From assembly GCA_910577015.1 (NCBI GenBank), contig CAJTKU010000001.1, positions 185,298-249,297 of the forward strand: a DNA stretch of 64,000 nt, written 5' to 3'. The notes under the pieces were generated by a model that saw only the letters and a list, made by a program, of their open reading frames with translations, had not been told where the DNA came from and did not search any database. This DNA comes from an uncultured Lachnospiraceae bacterium. GTDB taxonomy: Bacteria > Bacillota > Clostridia > Lachnospirales > Lachnospiraceae. Below, one piece after another: positions 1-9,158 of this stretch. The stretch's first letter is position 1, and every line of letters starts with the position of its first letter. The position numbers and the translations under genes are program-made.

Positions 1-445
1 CAAAATTGGGGACAAAATCCACCACGTCCTTGTCCAAATCCGCCAAAAAAGCTTCCTGTGTAATCTTTTCCAGACGGGCTTCCGTGTAACGCATGGCAGC
101 CGCGCCGTCGCCTTCGATATTGCCGAAATTGCCGTGTCCGTCAATCAAAGGCAGCCCCTTCTTAAAATCCTGCGCCATCACGACAAGCGCTTCGTATATG
201 GAACTGTCGCCGTGCGGATGGTACTTACCCATGGTATCCCCCACGATACGCGCGCTTTTCCTATACGGCCTGTCGTAACGGATTCCCAATTCATGCATAT
301 CGTAAAGGGTACGTCTCTGCACCGGTTTTAAACCGTCGCGCACATCCGGCAGCGCCCTTGCCACAATCACGCTCATGGCATAGTCGATGTAGGATTTCTG
401 CATCAAATCGGAATATTCTGTTCTTATAATTCTGTTATCGTCCAT
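1..445 (-). CDS. Type IIA DNA topoisomerase subunit A (GyrA/ParC family), N-terminal part; continues past window start
   Basis: Reverse translation from ATG at 445 (SD aggagaagg upstream) gives [54 protein letters not shown]...[21 protein letters not shown]...GHGNFG. This is the canonical GyrA/ParC N-terminus and stays open to position 1. KPVQRR and the lack of dnaA/dnaN/recF context lean towards ParC-type, but this is undecided. Confidence 0.9.
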   Translation of the reverse strand, partial: MDDNRIIRTEYSDLMQKSYIDYAMSVIVARALPDVRDGLKPVQRRTLYDMHELGIRYDRPYRKSARIVGDTMGKYHPHGDSSIYEALVVMAQDFKKGLPLIDGHGNFGNIEGDGAAAMRYTEARLEKITQEAFLADLDKDVVDFVPNF

Positions 446-454
446 TTCCTTCTC

Positions 455-2377
455 CTAAATATCCAACTCCGCATCATGCGCATGTTCATGAATAAACGCC
501 TTTCTGGGAGGCACATCCGTTCCCATCAGCATCTCGGTAATCTCAGAGGCCATTCTGGCGTCCTCAATCTCAATTCTTTTTAACAGCCTCGTCTCAGGGT
601 CCAGCGTGGTTTCCCAAAGCTGGGAGGCGTCCATTTCCCCAAGTCCCTTATACCTCTGAAGGGTAAAAGGCGCCTTATGGGTTTTCCTGTATTTTTCCAG
701 CGCTTTGTCATCATACAGGTACTGCTCCGCGCCTTTACTCGGCATTGCCTTGTACAGCGGGGGCATTGCCTGATAAATATGCCCTTCATATATCAGTTCC
801 GGCATAAAGCGGTAAAACAGGGTCAAAAGCAGGGTACTGATATGCGCGCCGTCCACATCCGCGTCGGCCATGATGATGATTTTGTCGTACCTGAGTTTGG
901 AAATGTCAAAATCATTGCCGTAGCCTTCCGAGAAACCACAGCCAAAGGCATTAATCATGGTTTTGATTTCCGCATTGGCAAGCACCTTGTCTATGCTGGC
1001 CTTTTCCACATTCAATATCTTTCCGCGGATGGGAAGGATTGCCTGGAACATGCGGTTGCGCGCCATTTTTGCGCTTCCGCCCGCACTGTCTCCCTCCACG
1101 ATGAAGATTTCACATTTTGACGCGTCCCTGGACTCACAGTTTGCCAGTTTACCGTTGCTGTCAAAAGAAAACTTTTGTTTTGTCAGCATATTGGTTTTGG
1201 CTTTTTCCTCTGTCTTTCTGATTTTGGCCGCTTTTTCCGCACAGCCGATTACGTTTTTTAAGGTTTCCAGATTCCGGTCAAAAAAACGCACCACTTCTTC
1301 ACCCGTAATCTTGCTGACCACCTTTGCGGCGTCCTGATTGTCCAGTTTCGTCTTGGTCTGACCTTCAAACCTGGGGTCGGGATGTTTGATGGAAACCACC
1401 GCCGTCATACCGTTGCGCACATCCGCGCCGGTAAAATTGACATCTTTTTCTTTTAAAATGCCCAGTTCCCTTGCGTATGAATTGATGATATTGGTAAAAG
1501 AACTCTTAAAGCCTGTCAGATGCGTGCCGCCTTCCGCATTGTATATATTATTACAAAATCCAAGTACATTTTCATGAAATTCATTTACATACTGGAACGC
1601 CACTTCAACGGAAATCCCTTCACTTTCCCCTGAAAAAGAAATGACATCGTGGATTCCTTCTTTCGATTTGTTCATGTCCTTAATAAAGCCCGTAATGCCT
1701 TCAGGTTCATGGAACTCCACATGTTCCGTGACTTCCCTGCGCCTGTCCTCATAAATGATGGTAAGGCTCGGATTCAGATAAGCCGTTTCATGCAGCCTGC
1801 TCTTTACCTCATCCTCCTTAAACCGGGTCTTGTCAAAAATGGTGTCATCCGGAAGAAAATTGATGACGGTTCCTGTCTCCTTTGTTTTGCCTACCACAGG
1901 CAGAAGTCCGTTTACCAAATCAGTCACCGGAAGCCCTTTTTCATAAGAGTCCTCAAATATCTGCCCGCCATTTTTGACCCTTACGGTCAATCTGTTGGAC
2001 AATGCATTTACGACAGAAGAGCCTACCCCATGCAGCCCTCCGCTGGTTTTGTAGGCGTTGTTGTCAAATTTACCGCCGGCATGAAGGGTCGTAAAAACAA
2101 GACGCTCCGCACTGACGCCCTTTTCATGCATTCCCACCGGAATCCCACGGCCGTTATCCTCCACCGTGGCTGAACCGTCCGCTTCCAGCGTAACCTTTAT
2201 CGTATCGCAGTACCCTGCCAGATGCTCGTCCACCGCATTATCCACGATTTCATATATCAGATGGTTAAGGCCTTTGGTGGACACACTGCCGATATACATG
2301 CCCGGCCGCTTCCTGACTGCCTCCAACCCCTCCAGCACGGTTATGCTGGAAGCATCATAATTGTTTGCTTTTGCCAT
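455..2377 (-). CDS. Type IIA DNA topoisomerase subunit B (GyrB/ParE family)
   Basis: ORF 455..2437. The likely start is ATG 2377 (MAKANNYDASSITVLEGLEAVRKRPGMYIGS), preceded by ggagag. It has GHKL ATPase and Toprim motifs (EGDSAGGSAK, PLRGKILNVEKA, IMADADVDGAHI). It lies immediately upstream of the subunit A gene. Confidence 0.93.
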   Translation of the reverse strand: MAKANNYDASSITVLEGLEAVRKRPGMYIGSVSTKGLNHLIYEIVDNAVDEHLAGYCDTIKVTLEADGSATVEDNGRGIPVGMHEKGVSAERLVFTTLHAGGKFDNNAYKTSGGLHGVGSSVVNALSNRLTVRVKNGGQIFEDSYEKGLPVTDLVNGLLPVVGKTKETGTVINFLPDDTIFDKTRFKEDEVKSRLHETAYLNPSLTIIYEDRRREVTEHVEFHEPEGITGFIKDMNKSKEGIHDVISFSGESEGISVEVAFQYVNEFHENVLGFCNNIYNAEGGTHLTGFKSSFTNIINSYARELGILKEKDVNFTGADVRNGMTAVVSIKHPDPRFEGQTKTKLDNQDAAKVVSKITGEEVVRFFDRNLETLKNVIGCAEKAAKIRKTEEKAKTNMLTKQKFSFDSNGKLANCESRDASKCEIFIVEGDSAGGSAKMARNRMFQAILPIRGKILNVEKASIDKVLANAEIKTMINAFGCGFSEGYGNDFDISKLRYDKIIIMADADVDGAHISTLLLTLFYRFMPELIYEGHIYQAMPPLYKAMPSKGAEQYLYDDKALEKYRKTHKAPFTLQRYKGLGEMDASQLWETTLDPETRLLKRIEIEDARMASEITEMLMGTDVPPRKAFIHEHAHDAELDI

Positions 2378-2492
2378 TTGATTACTCTCCTTAATAAACC
2401 GCAAAAAAAATCTTTGCACACATACGCAGTATACCATAGATTTTGTATGTGTGCAAAGAAAAAGATACTATTTGTAGGGAATTGCCTGCATT

Positions 2493-3368
2493 CTATACGC
2501 TTATTTTCTTACAGCAGGCAATAGCAAGCGCGCCGGGACCGATATGGCAGGCAACACTCAATGAAAGCGGGTCTATGTGAATGTCATATCCGGGAAATGC
2601 TTCTGCAAGCTCGGATTTTAACTGCTCTGCCGCTTCGCTGTTGTGCGTATGCGCAATCTGAAGCCAGATTCCTTTTTCTTCGGTGAGTCCGCCAAAACGA
2701 TTGATAATGTCATTCCTGATTGCATTCATCATAATGGACTTGCCCTGCGTGGTTGTCCTGGCCTTTGCAAAAGCGTCTAATTTATCCCCCTGTATCTGCA
2801 AAACGGGCTTTAACTTCAAAATGGTGCCAAGAGCCGCGGCTGCCGGGGTAATCCGGCCTCCTTTTTTGAGGTAATACAGGGTATCCAGCATAATGTATAT
2901 GCTGCTGTTTAATTTGTCATTTTCCAAAAACTCTTTGATTTCACTGCCGCTTTTTCCTTTGGAAGCCAGAAGCTTTGCATCCAGCACCGACTGCCTCTGG
3001 GTAACCGAAATACGCTGATTGTTTACCACATGTACTTTTCCCTCAAATTCCGGTTCCTGGGAAAGCATTATGGCGCTCTGGCAGGAACCCGACAATCCGC
3101 TGCTCATGGGAATATGCACAATTTCATCGTTTTCTTTTAACAGTTCCCTCCACAGGTTCATAACCGAATCCGGGGAAGGCTGGCTGGTACCGATATCGTC
3201 TCCGCCCACCAGCATATCGTAAAACTCCTCCTGGGTCAAATCGATATCCTCAAAATATGTTTTTTCTTTAATCATAAAGGGCATTGGCAGAACCGCCACT
3301 GAAAGTTCCTTTGCCTGTTTCTGGGTAATCCCGCTGTTTGAATCCGTAACTATCGCAATCTTTGACAT
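2493..3368 (-). CDS. DegV family fatty-acid-binding protein
   Basis: 291 aa, starting MSKIAIVTDSNSGI. Contains TSQPSP, SSGLSGS and YYLKKGGRITPAAA, typical DegV motifs. Confidence 0.88.
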   Translation of the reverse strand: MSKIAIVTDSNSGITQKQAKELSVAVLPMPFMIKEKTYFEDIDLTQEEFYDMLVGGDDIGTSQPSPDSVMNLWRELLKENDEIVHIPMSSGLSGSCQSAIMLSQEPEFEGKVHVVNNQRISVTQRQSVLDAKLLASKGKSGSEIKEFLENDKLNSSIYIMLDTLYYLKKGGRITPAAAALGTILKLKPVLQIQGDKLDAFAKARTTTQGKSIMMNAIRNDIINRFGGLTEEKGIWLQIAHTHNSEAAEQLKSELAEAFPGYDIHIDPLSLSVACHIGPGALAIACCKKISV

Positions 3369-3438
3369 AATTTCCTTTCCATGCGTGCTGCAGGTCTGCC
3401 TGCATCAGGCACTAATCCGTATGAAAACTATTGTACCT

Positions 3439-5466
3439 TTAGATGCTCGTAAAGTCAACACTATTCCACAATCCCTGCATGTCGAACTGTCCCAGCCCGT
3501 CTGCATACTTTTGCACGCAGTCGGACGCCTGCTTCAAAACTGCCGAATCGTGGTAAATATCCGCCAGTTTAAACTGCAAGTCCCCGCTTTGCCGTATTCC
3601 GAACAAATCTCCCGGTCCCCGCAGCTTCAAATCTTCACCGGCAATAAAAAAGCCGTCATTGGACTGTTTCAGGATATCCAGGCGCTCACCTGCCTCTTTT
3701 GTATCGTTGGTATTGATAAAAATACAGTAACTCTGGTGTTCTCCCCTGCCCACCCGTCCGCGGAGCTGGTGAAGCTGCGCAAGCCCGAACCGCTCTGCAT
3801 TCTCCACCATCATCACGGTGGCATTTGGCACGTTAATGCCAACCTCTATGACTGTGGTGGATACCAGTACGTCAATCTGTCCTGCCGCAAACTCCTCCAT
3901 AATGCGGTTTTTATCCGAAGGGCGCATTTTACCGTGCAGACAGGCCACCCGGACGGATACCGGCAATGCCGCTTTTAACTTTTCCGCATAATCCCCGACA
4001 TTTTCCATACCGGGAAGTTCTCCCTCCTCCACCATGGGACAGATACAATATACCTGTCTTCCCGCTGCTATTTCCTTCTCAATAAAAGCATAGGCCTTTG
4101 GCCTGTAACCGGGTCCGACAACACAGTTTTTAATGGGCTGCCTGCCCGATGGCAGTTCGTCAATAATGGAGATGTGCAAATCCCCATACAAAATAATGGC
4201 AAGGGTTCTGGGAATCGGCGTGGCGCTCATGACAAGAACATGGGGATGATTCCCTTTATCCTTTAAAGCTTCCCGCTGCCTTACCCCGAAACGGTGCTGC
4301 TCATCCGTAACGACAAGCGCCAGGTTTTTAAAAGAAACTTTGTCCTGAATGACTGCATGGGTTCCCAATACCAGGTTTGCCCTGCCGCTTGACAGTTCTT
4401 CATAAATTCCCTTTTTTACGCCGGCCGTCTGCGAACCGGTGAGAAATACCGGCCGAAAAGGCAGGCGGTATCTTTTGGTCAGTTCGCTGATGGTTTCATA
4501 ATGCTGTCTTGCCAATACCTCCGTAGGCGCCATCATGGCCCCCTGATAACCATTGGTTACGCATAAAAGCAGCGCCCAGACTGCCACAATCGTTTTTCCT
4601 GAGCCGACATCTCCCTGTACCAGACGGCTCATCACATTTTCACCTGTCATGTCAGCCTTGATTTCTTCAATTACCTTTAGCTGGGCTTTCGTGAGCCGGT
4701 ACGGGAGCGTCTCTAAAAAGCGCACGGTTTCCGCCGTTTCCACCATAGGCGCATGGTTTTTTTCCTTCTCAAGCAGCGACTTTGACTCCCTTACCATAAG
4801 GAGGAAAAAGAAAAATTCATTAAATATCAGCCTGTTTCTCGCTTTAGCAAGCTGTTCTTCATTTGCCGGAAAATGAATGGCAGAAATCGCCTCGTCAAAC
4901 GGCATCAGGTTTTCCCCGGCAAGCATTTCTTCAGGAAGCATTTCTTTCGGCAGGGGACATAGGCTCAGCGCCTGTCTGACTGCCTTTGCAACTGCCTGAT
5001 TGCTCAGTCCTTTTGTCAGCGGATATCTGGGCTGTATAAATGCCATCAAGCTGCGGTATTCTTCTTCCTTGTAGATTCTGGGCTGTTCCATTACAAGGGC
5101 ATGGTTTGCCTTTTCCTGCACCAGGCCGTAAAACAGGTATACCTGTCCGCTCTTCAGCGTGTTCTTCAGAAAAGCCATGTTAAAAAAAGTCAACTGTATG
5201 GAACCGGAACTGTCCCTGATGATTGCCGTTACAATTTTTAAATTTCTTACCTGCTTTAAAACCGGCGTCTGTACAACAAAGCCTTTAACGGCGCAGACCT
5301 TTCCGGCTGTTATCTCACCTATGGGAACCGGTTCCCCGAATGTTTCATAATCCCTCGGGAAAAAAAATAAAAGTTCCCTGATATTTTCTATATGAAGTTT
5401 ACGAAAAAGAGCGGCGGATTTCTCCCCCACTCCCTTCAAGGTGGTAATATCTGATTGTAATTCCAT
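3439..5466 (-). CDS. recG: ATP-dependent DNA helicase RecG
   Basis: 675 aa. It has an N-terminal wedge/OB region (LKGVGEKSAALFRKL), helicase motif I GDVGSGKT, a DEQHRFGV box and TPIPRT. Length and order match RecG. Confidence 0.93.
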   Translation of the reverse strand: MELQSDITTLKGVGEKSAALFRKLHIENIRELLFFFPRDYETFGEPVPIGEITAGKVCAVKGFVVQTPVLKQVRNLKIVTAIIRDSSGSIQLTFFNMAFLKNTLKSGQVYLFYGLVQEKANHALVMEQPRIYKEEEYRSLMAFIQPRYPLTKGLSNQAVAKAVRQALSLCPLPKEMLPEEMLAGENLMPFDEAISAIHFPANEEQLAKARNRLIFNEFFFFLLMVRESKSLLEKEKNHAPMVETAETVRFLETLPYRLTKAQLKVIEEIKADMTGENVMSRLVQGDVGSGKTIVAVWALLLCVTNGYQGAMMAPTEVLARQHYETISELTKRYRLPFRPVFLTGSQTAGVKKGIYEELSSGRANLVLGTHAVIQDKVSFKNLALVVTDEQHRFGVRQREALKDKGNHPHVLVMSATPIPRTLAIILYGDLHISIIDELPSGRQPIKNCVVGPGYRPKAYAFIEKEIAAGRQVYCICPMVEEGELPGMENVGDYAEKLKAALPVSVRVACLHGKMRPSDKNRIMEEFAAGQIDVLVSTTVIEVGINVPNATVMMVENAERFGLAQLHQLRGRVGRGEHQSYCIFINTNDTKEAGERLDILKQSNDGFFIAGEDLKLRGPGDLFGIRQSGDLQFKLADIYHDSAVLKQASDCVQKYADGLGQFDMQGLWNSVDFTSI

Positions 5467-5474
5467 AAAAACCT

Positions 5475-7157
5475 CTATTCGGCTGACACAATATAATAAT
5501 AAATCGGCTGTCCGCCATACTGTAACTCTACATCACAGCCGGAATACTTTTCTTCCACTGCCTGTTTGATTTTTTCGGCATCCGCCTCATCCACATCACT
5601 TCCGTAGTAAATGCTGATAAGTTCCATATCCTCACCCATCATGGCATCCACCATACCCAACGTAATCTCAGATAAATCAGAGCCCACCGTCAAAATACCG
5701 GCATCCCCGATACCCATATAATCACCCTGCCTGATTACCTTATCCTCTATCTGGGTATCCCTGACGGCATATGTGACTTCACCTGTCTTAACATTGCTGA
5801 TTTCTTCGGACATCGCGGCAACATTCTCCTCTGCCGATAAGTCCGGGACAAAATTGATTACTGCCGTAATTCCCTGGGGTACCGTTTTGGTGGGAATGAC
5901 AATGATTTGTTTGTCCTTTACCAGCTGAGCCGCCTGATTGGCCGCCAGAATCACATTTTTATTGTTGGGAAGAATATAAACCGTATCGGCATTTACCTTT
6001 TCTATGGCGTCCAGCATGTCTGCTGTGGACGGATTCATCGTCTGTCCGCCTTCTATGACATAATCAACGCCCAGCCCCCTGAAGATTTCATTCATGCCCT
6101 CTCCAAGAGAAACCGCCACAAAACCGGACTGTTTTCTCTCCGCCGGTTCTGAAACCGCCTCTTGTGCTGCCTTTTCTTCTTCCTTTTTCTTTTCCGCTTC
6201 TTTAAACAGCTTTTCCTGATGCTCCAGACGCATGTTGTCTATCTTCATGTTGGACAATGCACCATACTTGAGAGCCCGTTGAATCGCCAGACCGGGGTCA
6301 TTGGTATGTACATGTACCTTAACCACATCGTCATCAGCCACACATACAATGGAATCACCTATGGATTCCAGAAATTCCTTGAAATCCAGTTCCTGTTTAA
6401 TATTGAAGGTACGGTTCAGCATAATGATAAATTCCGTACAGTAGCCAAACTTGATATCTGCTTCCGCTTTTACATCCTGCTTTGCTCCTGACCGTTTAGT
6501 CTCCTGCGCATCGGCAATGGTGTAATCGATTTCCTTTCCCTGGAAAGCGTCATAAGCGCCGGCAAGCACCTCCACAAGGCCCTGTCCGCCGGAATCCACC
6601 ACGCCTGCCTGCTTTAATACTGGCAAAAGCTCGGGTGTCTGGCTCAATACATAGCGGGCATGCTCGATAACCTTACCGATAAAGCCGTCCATGTCCTCCA
6701 TGCCGTCTTCCAAAAGTTCCCTTGCTTTCTCAGCCGCACCCCTGGCAACCGTAAGAATGGTTCCCTCTTTCGGCTTCATAACTGCCTTGTACGCAGTTTC
6801 CACTGCTTTATCAAGGGCATCAGTCAAAGCGGGAATATCGATTATCTCCAACTCCTTGATGCTTCTGGTGAGTCCCCTTAAAAGCTGGGATAAAATAACC
6901 CCGGAATTTCCCCTTGCGCCACGCAGGGAACCGGACGAAATAGCTTTACATAAAGATTTCATGTCAGGATTTTCGCCAAGGGCCGTAACCTCTTTCGCGG
7001 CAGACATGATAGTCAATGTCATATTGGTACCGGTATCACCGTCCGGAACCGGAAACACGTTTAATTCGTTAATCCATTCTTTTTTTGAATCCAGATTCTT
7101 TGCACCGGCTAAGAACATCTTTGCAAGCATCTTAGCGTCGATTGTATTTAAAGCCAC
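5475..7157 (-). CDS. DAK2 domain fusion protein (YloV family)
   Basis: 560 aa with a GTG start at 7157 behind aaggagg. It carries the Dak2 signature PDGDTGTNM and a C-terminal DegV-like/Dak1-related half. It sits in the conserved asp23-yloV-recG neighbourhood. Confidence 0.88.
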   Translation of the reverse strand: MALNTIDAKMLAKMFLAGAKNLDSKKEWINELNVFPVPDGDTGTNMTLTIMSAAKEVTALGENPDMKSLCKAISSGSLRGARGNSGVILSQLLRGLTRSIKELEIIDIPALTDALDKAVETAYKAVMKPKEGTILTVARGAAEKARELLEDGMEDMDGFIGKVIEHARYVLSQTPELLPVLKQAGVVDSGGQGLVEVLAGAYDAFQGKEIDYTIADAQETKRSGAKQDVKAEADIKFGYCTEFIIMLNRTFNIKQELDFKEFLESIGDSIVCVADDDVVKVHVHTNDPGLAIQRALKYGALSNMKIDNMRLEHQEKLFKEAEKKKEEEKAAQEAVSEPAERKQSGFVAVSLGEGMNEIFRGLGVDYVIEGGQTMNPSTADMLDAIEKVNADTVYILPNNKNVILAANQAAQLVKDKQIIVIPTKTVPQGITAVINFVPDLSAEENVAAMSEEISNVKTGEVTYAVRDTQIEDKVIRQGDYMGIGDAGILTVGSDLSEITLGMVDAMMGEDMELISIYYGSDVDEADAEKIKQAVEEKYSGCDVELQYGGQPIYYYIVSAE

Positions 7158-7169
7158 AATACGTCCTCC

Positions 7170-7529
7170 TTAATCAATCACTCTTACACCTTCGACAAAG
7201 ATGTTGATTTTTTCAACTTCAATACCGGTGAATTCTTCCACCTTGTATTTGACACTGTCCACCAGATTGTCGGTCACTGCCAGAATGCTTACGCCATATG
7301 CCACTATGACATGAAAATCCAGCGTCAGCTTATTATTTTTAATGGATACGGCAATTCCTCTTGTGAGATTTTCCATCTTGAGTAACTTTGCCAGTCCATC
7401 CCTTGCCGAATAGCCGGCCATACCTACAATACCGAAACATTCCACAGCGACGCTTCCTGCATATTGGGCAATGACTTCATTGTCAATTGTAATGTTACCC
7501 ATATGGGTATTCATAGAAGAACCTTTCAT
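7170..7529 (-). CDS. Asp23/Gls24 family envelope stress protein
   Basis: 119 aa with AGGAGG 7 nt upstream. IAQYAGSVAVECFGIVGMA and overall similarity to alkaline shock protein 23, upstream of the yloV-like gene. Confidence 0.85.
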   Translation of the reverse strand: MKGSSMNTHMGNITIDNEVIAQYAGSVAVECFGIVGMAGYSARDGLAKLLKMENLTRGIAVSIKNNKLTLDFHVIVAYGVSILAVTDNLVDSVKYKVEEFTGIEVEKINIFVEGVRVID

Positions 7530-7651
7530 GTTGAACCTCCTTCTTGCACACCGGCGCTCTCCTGCCAGCGTACATATATAGTGTATTATAACTGCTTTTC
7601 CTAAAAAATGGAATAAAAAAATTCAAAAATTCAAAAAACTTGAGTTTTTGC

Positions 7652-7680
7652 TTGCAATTCGCCATCATTTCTGTTAATAT
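7652..7680 (+). promoter_or_regulatory. Putative sigmaA promoter of rpmB (TTGCAA-N17-TAATAT)
   Basis: The hexamers and 17-nt spacer were read directly. They lie about 80 nt upstream of the rpmB ATG. The leader contains small hairpins (cgagtttcactcg, atgcaaatgcat). Confidence 0.5.
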
Positions 7681-7759
7681 ATCAATGTTGCGAGTTTCAC
7701 TCGTTTAAGATTTATGCAAAAAACAGATTAATGCAAATGCATTTTGAGGAGGTGTCAAG

Positions 7760-7945
7760 ATGGCTAAATGTGATATTTGCGGCAAAAGCGTTCAATTTGG
7801 TAATAACGTAAGCCATTCTAATAGAAAGACCAGCAGAATTTGGAAACCCAATATCAAAAGGGTAAAATGCAAAGTAAACGGCGGTTCCAAGAGAATCCAT
7901 ATCTGCACACGCTGTCTGCGGTCAGGCGCTGTAGAAAGAGCTTAA
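7760..7945 (+). CDS. rpmB: 50S ribosomal protein L28
   Basis: 61 aa: MAKCDICGKSVQFGNNVSHSNRKTSRIWKPNIKRVK. SD gaggagg is upstream. Confidence 0.95.
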   Translation: MAKCDICGKSVQFGNNVSHSNRKTSRIWKPNIKRVKCKVNGGSKRIHICTRCLRSGAVERA

Positions 7946-7963
7946 TAACAACACATGAATGTA

Positions 7964-7996
7964 AAGGCGGTACAGTTTTCTGCACCGCCTTTTTAT
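7964..7996 (+). terminator. Rho-independent terminator after rpmB
   Basis: aaaggcggtacag-tttt-ctgcaccgcct followed by ttttt. It overlaps the stop region of the convergent minus-strand gene. Confidence 0.7.
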
Positions 7997-8520
7997 TCTG
8001 CCCTTTTTCTTCTCTCATATTCGCGGTTAATCATTTGCACCAGTTCCGCATCCCCGCATAAGTTATCAGGATGAAAAATCTTCAGCAAATCCTTGTACCG
8101 TTTCCTTAATGTCAGGGGATTTGTCGCTCCCCGAAACAGCACCCGTGCAACATCCTCCGTTTCTGCCATGGCGCCGTACTCCCTTTTGCGGTACTCTTTT
8201 TCCATTTCAAACCGGGAACGTTCCTTATCCAGCCTGCGTCTGTCCGCGTCAAGCTGAATAAACGCATCCTTCAATATTTGCATTTTTTTGTCAAAAAACA
8301 GATTGTCATCTTTCAACCGCTTTTGTTCCATTACGATTTTATGGTTAAGCATGTCCATTTCCGTTCGGAACTGCGCACGTTCTTTGATTAACTTTTCCTT
8401 AAACTCCGCCGCCTCACGTTTTTCATTTTCAAGACGGATATTCTCCCTGAACAGAAACAGCTTCAATTCCCTGAGTTCTTCATCGCTCTCTGCCTTCAAA
8501 AGGGCTTCTACGTCAATCAT
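7993..8520 (-). CDS. Coiled-coil protein with short C-terminal J-domain-like segment (HPD motif)
   Basis: ORF 7993..8541. The likely start is ATG 8520 (MIDVEAL) behind gggagag. The body is a long E/K/R-rich coiled coil. The C-terminus TLRKRYKDLLKIFHPDNLCGDAELVQMINREYE has the helix II-HPD-helix III signature. Confidence 0.6.
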   Translation of the reverse strand: MIDVEALLKAESDEELRELKLFLFRENIRLENEKREAAEFKEKLIKERAQFRTEMDMLNHKIVMEQKRLKDDNLFFDKKMQILKDAFIQLDADRRRLDKERSRFEMEKEYRKREYGAMAETEDVARVLFRGATNPLTLRKRYKDLLKIFHPDNLCGDAELVQMINREYERRKRAE

Positions 8521-8544
8521 GATATTCTCTCCCACAGCCAAAGC

Positions 8545-8685
8545 CTAATCGCAGCTATAGCAGTTATAACCGATAAACAAAAGCAGCGCAATAATGATGA
8601 TACCTACAAAATCATTGTGAAGAAACAACATTATCAGCATGCCGATAGCTACAAAAAAAGCCAGCAATCCCATCATTTTCTTCAT
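8545..8685 (-). CDS. 46-aa small membrane protein (below ORF-track cutoff)
   Basis: ATG 8685 to TAG 8545 gives MKKMMGLLAFFVAIGMLIMLFLHNDFVGIIIIALLLFIGYNCYSCD, with two predicted TM helices. It abuts the J-like gene. Confidence 0.45.
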   Translation of the reverse strand: MKKMMGLLAFFVAIGMLIMLFLHNDFVGIIIIALLLFIGYNCYSCD

Positions 8686-8751
8686 GTCCACGCGGCATAC
8701 CCCACAATCCTGCTCTCTATACAGGATATGCGCTATTTAAGAAAATGTGCC

Positions 8752-9156
8752 TTATTGTGCTGTTTTTTCCGGAAAAGCAATTTCCACTGCTTCCGCATCC
8801 GGAATCATTTCTTCTTTTTTGGTGGTAAATTTGTCAACCAAATCAGGAATCATGTCCAGTACCTTGGTAATCGTATCCTGATTTTTGATATTGACAAGCT
8901 TGGTAGAGCCGTTTTTCCCTATCACCAGCACCGCGCTGGGAGTCATTTTGCCGCCCAGACCTCCGGCGCCGTTCTGTTTCTTCTTTTCACCGTTGCTCCC
9001 TGCCCCGGCGCCTACGCCAAAAGAGACATCTACCAGGGGAAGGATAATGGTATCCCCAATCTGGGTTGCCTCCCCTACCACTGTTTTGGTGGAAAGCACG
9101 GTATCCATCCCTTTCAGTAATGATTCCAAAACTCCGCCAAACTGATTTTCTGCCAT
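8752..9156 (-). CDS. ytfJ: Sporulation protein YtfJ (GerW family)
   Basis: 134 aa. GGVLESLLKGMDTVLSTKTVVGEATQIGDTIILPLVDVSFGVGAGAG is typical of GerW/YtfJ. Confidence 0.88.
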   Translation of the reverse strand: MAENQFGGVLESLLKGMDTVLSTKTVVGEATQIGDTIILPLVDVSFGVGAGAGSNGEKKKQNGAGGLGGKMTPSAVLVIGKNGSTKLVNIKNQDTITKVLDMIPDLVDKFTTKKEEMIPDAEAVEIAFPEKTAQ

Positions 9157-9158
9157 GA

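Noticed and set aside
7681-7759. The ttgcgagt motif in the rpmB leader (and at 39658 and 39792) resembles the half-site of the prophage operator dyad.
   Set aside because: It is a match of only 6-7 nt, with no second half-site at the right spacing. This is most likely coincidence.
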